Source: Azolla caroliniana
Taxonomy: Eukaryota > Plantae > Polypodiophyta
Assembly (NCBI GenBank): GCA_043228905.1
Contig: JBHGNT010000008.1
Coordinates: 14,260,001 to 14,324,000 of the forward strand
DNA length: 64,000 bases
Reading direction: 5' to 3'
A model generated the notes under the pieces. That model made no database searches. It was not told the DNA's origin and worked only from the letters and a program-made list of their open reading frames with translations. The position numbers were made by a program, and so were the translations under genes. Positions 52,001 through 63,772 of this stretch are shown piece by piece (the first letter of the stretch is position 1; every line of letters starts with the position of its first letter).

Positions 52001-53919
52001 TGTCAACCATACGTCTCCTATGCCGACAATTCGGCATGTACCTTCATTCCCCATCCAGACAGAGCCGTGATCACCGTTTGAGTAGGATGAGAAGCATTTC
52101 CGGTCCGGGGTAAGGTGGAACGACGCTCCGGAGTCGACCACCCAGGTCATCTCGTCGCCGGCAAGGTTTAGCTCACTCTTGTCGGTGATGAGCATCAACT
52201 CTTCTTTACTTGCCGCGATTGCCGTCGATCCCTTCTAGTCCACTCCCCTCCGGTCTTTACCAGTCTGGTCCGGTGTCCGCTTTGAATCGGTACCGTCGGT
52301 TTCCTTGTCTTTTCGGAAGTGCCGACAATTCTTCTGGAAGTGTCCCGACTTGCCACAATAGAAGCAAGTAGGCCTTCCCCTTGACTTTGACCGTGTCCCC
52401 GACTTTTCCCGGTGTCGTGAAGAATTTCGGCCAGAGGCGAAAACCGGGAAATATTGGCTACATCGACGGGGTGCAACATGTACAGTCACCCTTGTACATT
52501 TAGTGTGAATAGTAGGAGTCAAGTTGGGACAGAGAATCCCATGTAAGTCGGGATTTATCCCACATTGTAGCGCATCTCCCTCCTTGTTCTATAAAAGGAA
52601 GGGAGCGCCTCTTGTGAGAGGGTTGCCCATTTTTTAGTCGTAAGAGTATACCATTTTGTGCTTCGTTTCTAGGGTTAGTGACATTCTTTCCTTTTTTTTT
52701 CTTCTGCCCCTTCTCCTTCTCGAGAACTCAAGCGGCAGCTATGGCGGGAAAGCTATTAGGTTAACTCTTCTTCTTCTGTGAGTAGCCGGCTCGCGGCCGG
52801 GGTTGTATCTCTCCTTGTTGTAGGTTGCTTCTGCTCAGCCACCTGTGCAAGACCCTGCTCGGCGTGATGAGCCCGAAAGCTCCCCGACAACTGCTTGGCG
52901 GCAGACTGCCGTTGCGACCTAGTCTACCTTAGTTCGAGTCGGAGTAGGAGTTGTAACTCACTCTTGTAATCATATATATATATACAGGGTTGTGCATATT
53001 TGTGTCTCTGTCGGTGTCGGGTGCTTTCCCTTCCCAGTGTTTCCTGTACATAGAGGTGTGGGTTGTGTCGGTGTTGCGCGCGTGTTCTCTCCCTCTCTTC
53101 CTCTCTCGCGTTTGGTAGCCACCGGTATGCGTCCAGAATCGCTCCGGTTCGCGCCACCACTAGTGTAGCCGGGATTGGAGAGAAGTCGGCTTCCTACGCT
53201 CCGTCCTCCCTAGTCCAAGACCCCCGTGGTCCCGCCCTTCTATACGCACGCGCGTAACATCGCGACACCGGTTTTGGGGACTACGGTTCCTTTGTCTTCA
53301 GCGTTCCGATTCGGTAAGGAGTGCTTTGGAGTTGGAGCTCGTATCCTTATCTTTCCGATGCGCCTCCTCATCTAGCAAGCTCAACTTCACTCTTGCTAGG
53401 GATAACCGTTTCCCTTCAGGCCCGGCGTTGCCCAAAGTGACAACCAATGTCTCCCAGCTATCTGGGAGGGAACTGAGCAGGAGTAGTGCTAGTGCCTCAT
53501 CGGCGAGAGGTACTTCCAATGATGTTGCCTGGTGGATCAGCCCCTGGAAGGCATTCATGTGCTCTGCCATGCTGGAGCCATCTTGGTACCGAAGTCTTAC
53601 TAGCTTCTGAAATACCGAAACTTGATTAACAACATTTTTGTTTTTGAAACATAATGCCGATCTTCTCCCAGAGCTCATGAGCCTTGCTCTCTTCATTGAA
53701 GTTGTTGTATAGACTCATGTCGATGAAGCACCGTATGAACGTCGTTGTCTTCATGTGCATCACCTCCCATATCGTGGCATCGATTTTGTCTGGTCTCTTG
53801 TCCCCGAACTGAACTAGCAACCAAAGATCTTTAACCATGAGCATGTCCCTCATCTTTGACTTCCACACCGAATAGTTAGAGCCGGTGAGCTTGAACATGC
53901 CTCCCAACGAATCGTCCAT
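49016..53919 (-). pseudogene. gag-pol of element D (stops, frameshifts, solo-LTR insertion)
   Basis: Fragments colinear with the B polyprotein, including the 645-aa IN-RT-RH ORF 49169-51106. Confidence 0.88.
52413..53267 (+). mobile_element. Solo LTR (855 bp) inserted in gag of D, 4-bp TSD
   Basis: Termini TGTCGTGA...TCGCGACA; CCGG on both sides; TATAAAAG at ~52590. Confidence 0.85.
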
Positions 53920-55347
53920 TTTTTTGTGTCATTTCGCTCTGATACCACTTTGACAAGAACTACGCGCTCTCTAAACACAACGCTCGGCCACAACCGAGTC
54001 TAGGATCAAACACAGAAAACGGGTAAGGTACGCACGACACAGTGAAGAGAAGAGTACACATGATGTTAACGTGGAAAACCCAAACGTGGGAAAAACCACA
54101 GCAGCCCACAGACTACAAACTTTCACTATATCACAATGTACAATAGTAAAGCACCGAGGCAACGACCTCGAACTTGCTATGTTCCTCACAGGTGGCGGTT
54201 ACAATAGAGGCAACGACCTCTTCCTCTCTCTCTCTCTCTCTATACACAATTACGCACAGAGTCTTGCACCAACAAGAATGAATACAATACTCTCTACACT
54301 AAGTTTTCGCTAAGTCATATTTATACTAATATGACTTTTCGGCTATTTACAAATATAGCCCCAATGGACTCTCAAACACATATTTACGAATATGTCCCTT
54401 CATCCGGTGAGCACTCCTCACCGGGCCTGCATCATTCGGCTCTTGCCGAGCACTCGTGATCTGGTTCTCACCGGGCCTTCACCATCCGGCTCTTGCCGGG
54501 TCCTCGTCATCCGGTTCTCACCGGGTCTTCTGTTGCCGGGTACTCCACATCCAGATTCAGCCTCAGCCGAGTTGCTCATCAACATTGTTCTTCTCACTTC
54601 CCATCCGGAAGGACCTGTTTCCTAACAGAGGTATGTCGACTGAAGAAGTCCCTCTACGGACTAAAGCAAGCCCCGCGCGCGTGGAACGCGAAGATCACGC
54701 AACGCCTCCGTTGGATGGGGTTTGCGACATCCAAACCAAACTCCTCATTGTTCTACCGGCAAGGTCGACATGGACCAGTTAGTATTTTACTTTATGTTGA
54801 TGATTTAGTCATTGCTAGCACCGACCTAGATGAAATTGGTCGCGTAAAGTCCAAGCTCGCAGTATCATTCGACATGAAGGACCCAGGGGACCTTCATTAC
54901 TTCCTAGGAGATTGAAGTGATCCGCATCCCCGAAGGCATAGTGATCAGCCAACGACATTACGTGCTGAGTATGCTCTTCAAATTCGGGATGACACACTAT
55001 AAGTCCATCTCAACTCCTTTGTATAAAAATGACAAGCTTTGCTGAGATTCGGGAAAGGTGTGCGACCCGACACAGTTCTGACAGATTCTCAAAAGCCTAA
55101 TTTATTTGACGATCACTCGACCGGATCTCAGTTACCCGGTAGGACTGATCAGTCAATTTATGTCGCAACCCACGACCGAACACCGTCAATGCGTGCAAAG
55201 GATATTGCGCTATGTCCGTGGCACTAAGGATAGGGCGCTACTATATCTGACCGGTATTGTCGGAAAGGTCGTCGGCTACTCGGATGCAGATTGGGCCAGA
55301 AACGCTGACGATTGTAGATCCACATCTGGGCTCGCTTTTTTGCTTGG

Positions 55348-56084
55348 TGTGAAAATGTTTTTAGAATCTAAGCCATTGAACATTAGAAGAATATAAAGTA
55401 TGGATAATTCACATTTGGAGGCTAAGAACACAAACCAAGGCCTTAGGAAGAAGTCAAAAGTAAAAGTAAGAGACCAAGAGAAAAGTAAAAAGAGAAAAAG
55501 CGGACCATAAAAAACAGCAAAAATGAAATGGTCATAACTCCTTCGTTTTTCACCCAAATATTATTTTTAAATATAGGTTAGAAATCTTGTAAAGAGAGCT
55601 ATCTATATCTTTTTAAATCCCTAAATTTGGATATCTGATGAGGGAGATATGATGATTAGAAGGTCGTTGGGTCTTAGCTAAAAATAGGAGATAAAAAGCT
55701 TCTAAAAATAGTGTGAACGAGGAAGAAGAAGAAAATTATAAAAGAGGAAGGAACTAATAGGGAGAGGATCCTAATAGAGGAGAGGGAGTCTTAGGAAGAG
55801 AAATCTTAGTGAAAGAGGAAGAGTCTTAATTGTGGTTTTTGAGTGATTGGTAGTAAGAAGGTCTTTCGTTTCTTAGTTGAATGTGGAGTTTATCTCCTTT
55901 GTATTGTCTTGATGTTGGAATATCATAACAATATTATCTCTTTCTCATCTTCTTTATCTTTTTTTCTTAATTTCTTGAGTCTCTCTTGATCTATATAATA
56001 TATTATGAGTCACAACTCCATCTAACCGGTTTGGTCAAGCCCTCATATAGTGTAAGATTATCCTTTGTCTTAAACACCTCATCA
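55348..56084. mobile_element. AT-rich solo LTR (737 bp) inserted in RNase H of C
   Basis: TG...CA with perfect TSD CTTGG (55343-55347, 56085-56089); host frame AFLLG|SATFAWSSKKQ resumes after it. Confidence 0.88.
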
Positions 56085-59000
56085 CTTGGGAGCGCCACAT
56101 TCGCTTGGAGCAGTAAGAAGCAGCCGAGAATTGCACTGTTGAGCACGGAGGTTGAGTATTGACGAGTCGCTATCGCAACATGCGAAGCCATTTGGCTCAA
56201 GAGGCAACTCAAGGATCTATAGGTGGAGGTGTTCGATCCGACGACGATCTACTACGACAACCGGAACAACATCCAACTTGCGAAGAACACCGTCTTCCAC
56301 GCCCGGACCAAGCACATTGAGCTGCACTACCATTTTGTCTGCGAGCGTTTCCTCTCCGGTGAAGTCGAACTAGTATATGTTATACGGATCGGCAGATTGC
56401 CGACATCTTCACCAAGCGCCTTAGTCTCGACAAGTTGCGACAATTTGCGGGTGCGCTTGGTTTCCAACACCTTGACGTGCCGAAATTGAGGAGGAGAAAT
56501 GACCAGGAAAGGGAGCAAAAAAGGAGCAGAAGTGACCGCGAAGCCGAGTCAGATGAAGAATTCGATTTTGTGTCGATTGAAGACACCGAAGGCGGAAACA
56601 GGGGCAACAACTGAAGGGAAGAGCCGGAGTCAATTGAACAAGGGGGAGATGAAGCCAAGAAGGCCAAGAAGGATAAGACCAAGACATGGTCAGATGTGGT
56701 TAAGGGCCTGAAGACCGAAAACGAATTGGAGACAACCAATTCGAACAAAAGCGGAAATGAGTAAGAGGCAACCGATTTGGTTCAAATGTTCGATTCAGGG
56801 ATGCCGAATCAACTAAAGGCCAAGAGAAAGAAAGGGCAGCGAGAGCAGCAAGGGAGTTGGGAAAGGTCGCATGAGCAGACAAGGCGACCGAAAGGGTCAA
56901 GGCACGTGGAATCGAACAGGTCGAGGAGCGCGACTGAGACGTGAAGCCAGGAGAAGCCCGAGCGAAGAACTTGAAGAGCAAGTGGAACCTCAAGTTGAGC
57001 TTGAGGGGGAATGTTGAGATACAAGCTGAACATTGGGTGTGTAAACCAATACGTAGACTGGGTGCGTAACTAAAGGCTGTATCGGTGCGTAAACCAAGAG
57101 GCCATTGGATAGATATTTGGCGGAGGAATATATTTTGGGAGTTAGTGTAGGGACTCATTGATGAGCATTGAAGTATGAGTCAGTACTTCTGTCAATCCGT
57201 ATGGAATTCTATAAAAGTGCTTGTACGCACTCTTGAATTAAGTGATAGTGCACTTCGATATGCTTTGTGCGTGCGTTCAACATTGTGTTCTAAGCCAGAT
57301 AAATATTGCTCATGTTATCGTAGTAGAGGGGAGTTCGATCCTTGATGGGAACACCTAGATCCCTCAAAATCCTCTTGAGCCATATGGCTTCATGCAGTGA
57401 TGATTGTGCCCCTGTATTAGGCCTCCGTACTCAAAAGAGCGACGATCGGCTGCTTCTTGCTACTCCAAGATATTGCTCTGCTACCGAGTGAGAAGACAAA
57501 TCCAGAGGTCGATAGACGATCGGCTTTGTAGCCGGCCCAATCGGCATCCGTGTACTCTTCGAGTCGAATTGGTGTGGCCATTTGTAGAGAATGGTGTAAT
57601 CCATTGTTCCACTCATGTATTGTAATACTTGCTTAGCGCAATCGAAATGGATATCTCGTGGAGTTTGCATGAATTGGCTAAGGAGACCGACTGGATAGCT
57701 AAGGTCGGGTTGTGTGATCGTGAGATAGATGAGGCTCCCAATTAGTTGTCGATATTGAGTCGGCTCACACTCTTCTCTGCTGGAGTTGGCATCTAATTTG
57801 AGGTTTCGATCAAGAGGGGTTGCCGCGTATTTACACTCAGTCATCCTGAAATTGTATAACAAGTTGAGGATGTAGTGTCGTTGGCAGATCATAATGCCAG
57901 TCAGAATCCGAATTACTTTGATCCCAAGGAAGTAATGGAGCTCTTTCAATTCTGTCATCTCAAATTTTCCGGGGAGGAAGGACTTGACCTTGTTGATGTC
58001 AACTAGACTTTCACCTCCCATGACCAGATCATCTACTTATAGGATGATGACAATCACGTTTCTTGAGTCATTTCGTACGTAGAGGGAGTTGTCAGATTTC
58101 GACATTTGGAAGCCGATTTCATGAAGATACATTGTGATCTTCGAATGACAAGCACGTGGTGCTTGTTTAAGCCCGTAGAGTGGCTTCTTGAGTCAGCACA
58201 CGACTTTCGGATGAGTACGCGATTTGAAGCCAAGTGGTTGCACCATGTACACCTCTTCTTCTAATTCGCCTTGAAGAAAGACATTCTTTACGTACATCTA
58301 ATGGAGGTGCCACCCTTTCGCCGCTACGAGTGCAATTATGGTCCACACTGTCGTCATCTTTGCCACCGGGGCAAATGTCTCTTCGTAGTCAAATCCATGC
58401 ATCTGTGCATACCCTTTCGCTATGACTCAGGCTTTGTAGCAGTTGACGGAGTTGTAAGCATTATACTTCACTTTGTAGATCCATCTTCAGTGAATCGCCT
58501 TCTTGTGTGCAGTGAAGAAGGGACGAGATCCCAAGTCTCGTTTTTGGAGAGTGCTTACATCTCCTCATTCATTGCTTTGATCCATCGTAGCTTCAGAAAA
58601 GGAGGTCCGGCTCCCATACTATCGCCACCTGCATCATAAAAGCGTAATGGTACGCCATATACTCATCGTAGCCAAATCGGCGTATGGGGTTCTTTTCACA
58701 GGTGGGTCAGCGGAGCTTCTTGTTTGCGGATACTAAGGCTTTCTTCACTCTATTTGTTCGGATTTCGAGGCCATTGAACTCACTATCGAGGGAGTGAGTT
58801 GACTTGATTTTGATCTGATCTTGGTATTCCGGCATTTTGGCCTTCCCTTTGTCTAGCTTCACACTCAACCGAGATATGCTTTGATCGCTCGGAGTCTCAT
58901 GTGGCCCACTAAGCCTTGTCGTAATTGGGCTTTTTTCAAACATGTGTTCGAGTCTATCTCCATCTTCTACATCTTGTTCTGCGAGTTCTGGGTCGTGCGG

Positions 59001-59776
59001 GATCAAACTCAAAGTTGTCTCTAGTGCGTACCATGATGCGGGCTCGTCGAAAACAACGTCTCGACTTACTCGAGCTTTTGCTCTAGTGAGTATCCTACGA
59101 GGATACATTTCTCCGACTTCGGGTCAAGCTTTTGTCGTTTCTCATTGAGGATGTGCACGTATGCAATGGAGCCGAATATCCGAACATGTGATAGATCCGG
59201 CTTCTTCCCAAAAAACTTCTCATGCAGAGTAGGTTTGTGCACACCCGATGTCGTACACCGATTCATGAGATAGACGGTTGTGTTGGTGGCTTTTGCCTAG
59301 TCGAGTTAAGCATGTGCTTCTCGTTAAGCATACCCTGTGCTACTTCAAGGATGTGCCGATTCTTTTGTTCGGCTACTCCGTTCTGTTGTGGCGTATGTCG
59401 ACATGAGAAATCTCGCCGAGTTCCTTCTTTCAGTAGAAAAGCCGAAAATTCGTCAGGGAAGTACTCCTTTCCTCTATCCGACCGAAGACATCGTACATGT
59501 CGGGCCATGGCTTTCTTGAATTCATTCTTAAATTTCTGGAAGTGTCCGAACACTTTGCGCTTTTGACGAATGGGGTAGATCCAAGTGTGTCTGGAGAAGT
59601 CGTCGATGAAGGCCACGTAGTATCGACATCCGCCGAATGTAGCCATTTGAGCCGGTCCCCATACATCGGAATGAATTATGTCGAGTACGCCTATGCTCAT
59701 GTTCCTCTCCTTCAGAAACGGGTGCCGATGTTTCTTGCCGAATTTGCATGCTGCACATACGCCTTCAATCTCTTTC

Positions 59777-59777
59777 T

Positions 59778-59821
<44 letters not shown>

Positions 59822-60843
59822 GGAGGGAAACATTGTATGTAGAGTAAAATGGATTACAAGAGTAGGCAATAGAGTGCTACAAAATGGCGTTTAACCAATT
59901 TAAGTTTGGGATGATTGATAGATCCCTATTTATAAGTAATAGAGAACACTCTAGAATATTCTAGGTCATCCTAGAATGTAGAGTAATCTAGAAGGTTCTA
60001 GTGTATAGAACACTCTAGAATATTCTAGGTTATTCTAGACTGTAGAGTAATATTGAATATTCCTATGATATTAGAGTATATATTCTAAAACCTATACATA
60101 TAAGAATATCAATACAATGGTTAAGGATTTGACATGTGTACAACAAGATCGTGGGGTCAAATCCTTTCGAAGCATGATGTGATCGTGAATGTCATCACTA
60201 TTCCCCTTCTTCGACAACACATCTCACGAGTCGTAGGGTTTGTATAAGGACCATGTTTATGAGGATATTAGCGATGAAATGCAGTGACCATTTTCGCAAC
60301 ATTGGAAAGATTTGCGGCAGGTTCTCAAGTTCGATAATTGGGGGTATACAGCTTGTTGCACACGATTTTAGAATCGAGAATGGTACCAAACCTCAAATTC
60401 GGGTCCATCCAAGAAGTCAACAGGTGGTGGGGGTGTTGTAAGAAGGAGTGGAATTGAACTTGTAGTATAAAGTTTCAAAAGGGATACATGAAATACCGGA
60501 TGAAGACGCATGTGCGGAGGGAGGCCAAGACGAAATGCAACATCACTTATCTGACCAATGATCATGTAAGGACAAAACGTTGGTAATCCAATTTACTACA
60601 AGGCCAAGTGGTTTTGATGTTGTGTTGGAGAAGCCATACATGATCCCCAACGCGGAACTGTTTTGAGGAATCTAGGCGACAAGCCTCTTGTGTGTAACTT
60701 GAGCATCATGCAAATTGTGTAGAATATTCCTATGATATTAGATTATATCTTCTAAAAACTATACATATAGGAATATTAATACAATGGCTAAGGATTTGAC
60801 ATGTGTACAACAAGGTCATGGGTTCAAATCCTTTATCATGACA
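59777..60843 (-). mobile_element. Internally deleted chromovirus-type gypsy element inside E
   Basis: TG...CA with perfect TSD CTTTC. Structure: 3' LTR 59777-60197 (GA microsatellite, TAGAATATTCTAG repeats), PPT ~60198-60210, integrase C-terminal fragment [17 protein letters not shown]...PEFEV, and the outer ~120 bp of the 5' LTR (60721-60843). Confidence 0.82.
60770..60843 (+). other. tRNA-derived sequence (A/B-box-like) forming the LTR terminus; second copy at ~60103-60172
   Basis: CAATGGCTAAGG...AAGGTC ATGGG TTCAAAT CC, with D-loop GG to T-arm spacing of 35 nt as in class I tRNAs; stems eroded. Confidence 0.6.
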
Positions 60844-62190
60844 CTTTCTCTTTGAATGTCGGAATCGGCTTTCGTGCCCTTTGCGAACATGGCTGATTTC
60901 ATCTCGTGCGAGTCGAGAATAAACATTCAACCCTCTTTCTCAATGAAGCAACTGTCTTGATTAAATCGAACTTGCATCCATTGCTCAACAATTTGGTCGA
61001 CGAAGACCAAAATCTTCATAATGGTAAGTACATGCAAGACATTCTTAATATAAGTTGAGTTAACTTCTTTGTCGAATGGGACATTGCCAATGTGCCGAAT
61101 CGGATGCGTAGTGTCATCTCCGGTTTCGACATAGTCGGGTCGGTCCGGCTCTCGAAGTTCTCGGAACCATTCTTGATGAGACGTCATATGGTTTAACAAC
61201 GAACCATATGTCTTCCGGATGATGCGCTATTCGAAGTAGAAGCCGACATAGAATTTTCTTTATGTCTCATCACGAACATTCCGCCACTATCATCATAGTC
61301 AAAGTTGGTGGCGTAATCAGTGAGTTGTTGGCTAGTGGAAGCCGACTCGCGCATTTTCTTATGGCACTCTTCTTCGTGGTGACCGATTTTTCCGCAATAT
61401 CTGCATTCAACTAAGTTTTGTTGGCTCAGACCGGAATGGAAGCTCCCCCTTCTTCCGAAGGTTCCTCGATGGCTTCCGTCTTGATGCCGAAATTGGGAGT
61501 TGTTTTCATAGGTCGGACCTTGTCCGCCTCATCCTTGGCCAAATCGGCCTCTTCTTGCATGGTCGCGTCCTCTTTCTCCGTCCAGGTGTGAGTAAAGCAT
61601 GTGGCCTTCCGAGACGTTGCTCCTTTTTCAAACATGGTTTTCTTCGACCAACAACATGGATTGAAGATCAAAGAAGGAGGGCGAATTCTCCCGTGCTAGT
61701 ACAACGGTCCTCATTGTGCCAAACCGTGGTGCAAGGCCGTTGAGGCATATTTGCACCATGTAATCATCGTCCACATTGATGCTTGTCAAGCGAAGTGCAT
61801 CACCAAGCTCCTTGATCTTCAAGGTGTAGCTTGTGATAGACATATCCCTTTGTTGGATGTTGTTCAACTCTTGACGGGCTTGAAGCTTTCTCGCGGTTGT
61901 GATGTAGCTCCAATAGGCTTGGCCGACAAGGTATTGATGCATCTTGTATTCCCAAGATGCAAAGTTGTTTCGATCCAACCTCTCCCTAGGGAGAGCACTC
62001 CCCATTTGAGTACTTATTGTCGATGAAGCTTTCTTTCTTCTTTGACTTCTCTCTCGAACACAAGCTATGTAGTCGCACTATGATAGAACACAACACACAG
62101 ATGGGCTAGATCGAGCTACCAAACCGCTCTGATACCATGTAAAGAATCGGGTATGATTCTTGGGCAGCAGAAGAGATGTGTGTTATGTGT

Positions 62191-63088
62191 TGTGCGGAGC
62201 CCACGCCACTAGGCGGCGGCCTTACCCCCTAGTTCTCGATCGACATATGCAATCTTCGTACTATTTGGCTTGGGATAGAGCTCAAAATGAGACTCCCATC
62301 GGCCTAGCCACATGCAAATTGCTTCTTTGGTTTTTTCCTTTTTTTGTCCCGTAAATGGCTTTACGACAAATGATGGTTCACCCTCATGCTCATTCGGTCT
62401 ATTAGTATCACATTATAAACTAATGACACATTGTCGTGAAGAAAACCGGCCATAGGCGGAATCGGACAAAAGGCGCATGAACCGGCTCTTACACGGATGA
62501 ACACGTGAATTGATATTTTGATATTGATTCATAAACGGATCGGCTGATGTAAATACTAAGTAGTACACATTTATTAGGGGATTGTGTCTATCTCTGTCAG
62601 AAGGGACAGGGAATAGAATGATTTGACTAGGGAAAAAGGGCACCCCCCTTTTGGGAACTATTTAAGGAGAGGAGAGAAGGAAGAAAGATATCGCGCGTTG
62701 GCGAGGACGAAGTGCTGTTGCAGAACCGAGTGCCGAGCTCTCTCTCTCCTCCAATCGTCGTTCTCTGCGAGCGTCGGGAGTTCGTTGCCTCTGCTTCGTG
62801 GACAGCCTGTGTGCTTCTAGCAGAGTCTCTCTCTCCCCTTTTCCCCCTTTGTTTCTTCGAGTCGCGTGGCTGCCGTCGGTGTGTGTGAGTAGGACCCCGT
62901 GTCGGGTCCATTACCGGGTTGCCGGTTGTAACTGTTCGAGTTGTAAGCTATTGACTATAATAATCGGATTCCTGTTTTCTTGCTCTTAATCTTTTTCTGT
63001 GTACTTGCATCTCTCTCTCTCTCTCTCACTCTCTCACTCTCTCACTCTCTGTGTACTTACCTACACGCGAACGCGAAACTTCGCAACA
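62191..63088 (+). mobile_element. Putative LTR (~900 bp) inserted into the 5' LTR of E
   Basis: Abrupt switch to TGTGCGGAGC at 62191; TATTTAAG at ~62659; CT microsatellite; ends CGCAACA. The host LTR does not resume in the window, so no TSD can be checked. Confidence 0.55.
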
Positions 63089-63772
63089 ACGTGCCCCAAG
63101 AGCACTATAAGATTGCCAAAGTTTGGACATCTAATGCGCGGTTGAATTAAGGAAATTTTGTATTTGTATCAAATATGACTCAATGGGGATTGGCCTAAGA
63201 GGATTTCCTTGAATTCCTTCCGCTTGAGCAGATGACATCGGGTCATTATTATGAGCCATTCAATGATAAGTTTTGGCAAAGAAATAGGATAAAGTCAAAC
63301 AAATAGTCATAACATTATGTCATGACGTAAACATATCATGGCCAAACAATAATCAATATCATGATGCAACGTCAATACCCCTCTAGACGTATAAGATGAG
63401 GTTCAAGATCAGGTTACTATTGTAACACAAAGGTGTTTTAAAAACCATGGGGGTGACAAATGAATGTCTTTCCCTTATCTCTATATCGATTTTTTAATGG
63501 GGCTCCCTGAGGCTCAACCATGTATGTTTGCGTCATGAATAGTTTAAACATGGGAAAATGTTAACAATAAACTACGTCTTTGTGCCCACGCATGTGGTTT
63601 CGGCTCTTTAAGTCCTATTACGAGGACCCAGAAGTGCACTTAGACCTAAAGTCTAAACATGTATTATAGGCATATGTATCAACAATGTTATATGGTCTTG
63701 GTAATATTTGAACTCGAGACCTTGAGAAGAAATGCATTAAACACTTGAGTGGCGTTGTGTCGTACCTGGTGC

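Larger units (their letters stand above)
48211..54627 (-). mobile_element. Full-length Ty1/copia element D (B lineage) inserted in RT of C
   Basis: 3' LTR 48211-49005, 5' LTR 53951-54627, perfect TSD GAGGT, PBS 53936-53947, PPT 49006-49017. Confidence 0.95.
44878..57243 (+). mobile_element. Decayed Ty1/copia element C (paralog of A)
   Basis: Internally deleted 5' LTR from 44878 (TGTTGAGATACAAGCTCAAC) fused to the PBS remnant CAGAGC; gag from 45034; PR, IN, RT and RH remnants; PPT; 3' LTR from 57012, truncated at ~57243. Confidence 0.85.
44377..62190 (-). mobile_element. Decayed Ty1/copia element E (A/C lineage), host of C and the chromovirus derivative
   Basis: 3' LTR 44377-44832 with PPT at 44833-44842; pol remnants 57244-61200; gag from 62005; PBS(iMet) 62126-62137; 5' LTR from 62138 (matches the 44377 sequence), interrupted at 62191. 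Confidence 0.85.

Noticed and set aside
60770-60843. Functional tRNA gene
   Set aside because: Acceptor, anticodon and T stems are eroded and the sequence is part of LTRs; reported as tRNA-derived only.
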